Shown: positions 14,233 to 15,138 of the stretch, in pieces
How positions within the stretch are numbered: the stretch's first letter is position 1
Layout of the letters: the number at the start of each line of letters is the position of its first letter
DNA from: an uncultured Methanosarcinales archaeon
GTDB lineage: Archaea; Nanobdellota; Nanobdellia; Woesearchaeales; JACPIF01
DNA: 15,138 nucleotides
NCBI GenBank assembly: GCA_964491335.1
Contig: CAZBGH010000014.1
Span: 1 to 15,138, forward strand
Direction: 5' to 3'
Program-made: the position numbers and the translations under genes
The notes under the pieces: model-generated
What the model was told of the DNA's origin: nothing
Databases searched by the model: none
The model's input: only the letters and a program-made list of their open reading frames with translations

Positions 14233-14517
14233 ATGCCTTATCCACAATTAACAAAAGAAGAATCAGATAAAGCACATGAAGATAACGCTATATGGAAGAA
14301 GAAGGCTGTATATTGGCACAATGCCATTCCTATTTTTAATTATGATATCAGGCACTCCTTAACTAATGATGTTCAATTAGTAACCAATATTAAGCAATTA
14401 GAACTTAATGAAAAACTATATGCAGGAATTCAATGGAATAATTGGATTAATATTATTGTTTCTGCCATAAATCTATTCTTGCTTATAGTTAATATTGTCT
14501 TGCTTGTTAAGGGATAG
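14233..14517 (+). CDS. Hypothetical tail-anchored small protein (94 aa)
   Basis: ATG start. A hydrophilic N-terminal region is followed by a single C-terminal TM (INIIVSAINLFLLIVNIVLLV). It is divergent from the three-gene module and is the only credible plus-strand ORF. Confidence 0.45.
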   Translation: MPYPQLTKEESDKAHEDNAIWKKKAVYWHNAIPIFNYDIRHSLTNDVQLVTNIKQLELNEKLYAGIQWNNWINIIVSAINLFLLIVNIVLLVKG

Positions 14518-14519
14518 TT

Positions 14520-15017
14520 TCAATAATTCCATCCACCTATTACCTCTAAGCCAACAGCATTAATTCCACTCTTTAAAAATGGCGTGGTTCCTATTGCCGA
14601 ATGCGGTCCTATAAAATTGTAGTAATTGATTAGGGCATTAGTCATAAGCCCAGCATTTTCTTTATCAGATAAACCACGCATTGTTTTTATTCTATCCCTT
14701 ATTGTTCCATTGAGTCTCTCAATGTTATTGTTATTGATTCTTTTATCTCTTATAGATTTTAATCTTACATGTGTTGTTTTCGGTAGTTCTTTTTGGACAC
14801 TCCTAGAATAAGAATGGCATCCATCTGTGACCATTGCGAAAGGTTGGCATTGTGTTAGTTCCTTTGCCTCTCTAAAAAGCTTTGTACTATCTCTGATTCA
14901 TCTTCTATTGGTTACTTGATTAGCAATTAAGAATCTAGTTTCTTCATCCATTAAATTCCAGAGCCAGATCCATTTACCACCAGCTTGGATTTTCTTCATT
15001 ACATTTGTACGAACTTG
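14520..15017 (-). pseudogene. IS6-like (COG3316-type DDE) transposase remnant, 5'-truncated and carrying an in-frame TGA
   Basis: The reading frame gives ...QVRTNVMKKIQAGGKWIWLWNLMDEETRFLIANQVTNRR-TGA(14898-14900)-IRDSTKLFREAKELTQCQPFAMVTDGCHSY...NNNIERLNGTIRDRIKTMRGL...YYNFIGPHSAIGTTP. The second D and the E regions of a DDE triad are recognisable. The first D region and the N-terminal HTH are missing. There is no room for a terminal inverted repeat beyond the stop at 14520. Confidence 0.7.
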
Positions 15018-15138
15018 TCAGTAAGAAATCTGGAGCTATTATAACTACAGCAAGCCCTGCTAGTGTTGCTAAAGAAATCAATGTTTTTCTTGCTACTGAT
15101 TTTACCTTTTGTTCAAGTGAACTTCTCATTCTTCCCAT
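14974..15138 (-). CDS. Short ORF at the window edge (at least 54 aa) with a signal-anchor-like segment, possibly the 5' end of a gene interrupted by the IS remnant
   Basis: Translates as MGRMRSSLEQKVKSVARKTLISLATLAGLAVVIIAPDFLLTSSYKCNEENPSWW-TAA. It is in a different frame from the transposase remnant and runs into it. It may extend beyond the window. Confidence 0.2.
   Translation of the reverse strand: MGRMRSSLEQKVKSVARKTLISLATLAGLAVVIIAPDFLLTSSYKCNEENPSWW

Noticed and set aside
14898-14900. In-frame TGA in the transposase as evidence of a reassigned genetic code (TGA = Trp or Gly)
   Set aside because: TGA terminates livG at its expected length, overlapping the livF ATG. It also terminates the 7342..8439 gene and the transposase itself. 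The standard code with a nonsense mutation is the simpler reading.

Overview
This is a visibly AT-rich prokaryotic window, and almost every gene lies on the minus strand. Ribosome-binding sites look like GGAGGT or GGGGGT, TTATATAA-like boxes sit 30-40 nt upstream of some starts, and TGA is used as a true stop. The transposase remnant and the multi-thioredoxin-fold protein hint at an archaeon, possibly DPANN-like, but I cannot decide the lineage from sequence alone.

Contents, left to right:
- 263-360: tandem repeats.
- 325-600: a small Met/His-rich secreted protein.
- 783-1631: a polytopic membrane protein.
- 1750-6158: an ordinary five-gene LivKHMGF-type branched-chain amino-acid ABC transporter.
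- 6292-13028: an island of extracytoplasmic thiol-redox and copper-type proteins. It holds a CcdA/DsbD-family thiol transporter, a two-domain His/Cys-rich membrane protein, an orphan CuA-motif cupredoxin lipoprotein, a membrane-anchored protein with three tandem CxxC thioredoxin folds, and a monothiol (CxxT) version of the VKOR-associated thioredoxin-like domain.
- 13226-14104: a translationally coupled three-gene module of small proteins.
- 14233-14517: a divergent tail-anchored small ORF.
- 14520-15017: a decayed IS6-like transposase.

The most unusual part is a set of small anchored proteins at the right end of the island. Two adjacent genes (74 aa and 254 aa) end in the identical octapeptide LPSMVGGC-stop, encoded with different synonymous codons. 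A third small lipoprotein carries a related internal VIGGGC.

Several ORF-track starts are TTG or GTG. I trimmed these to nearby ATG codons that have better ribosome-binding sites.
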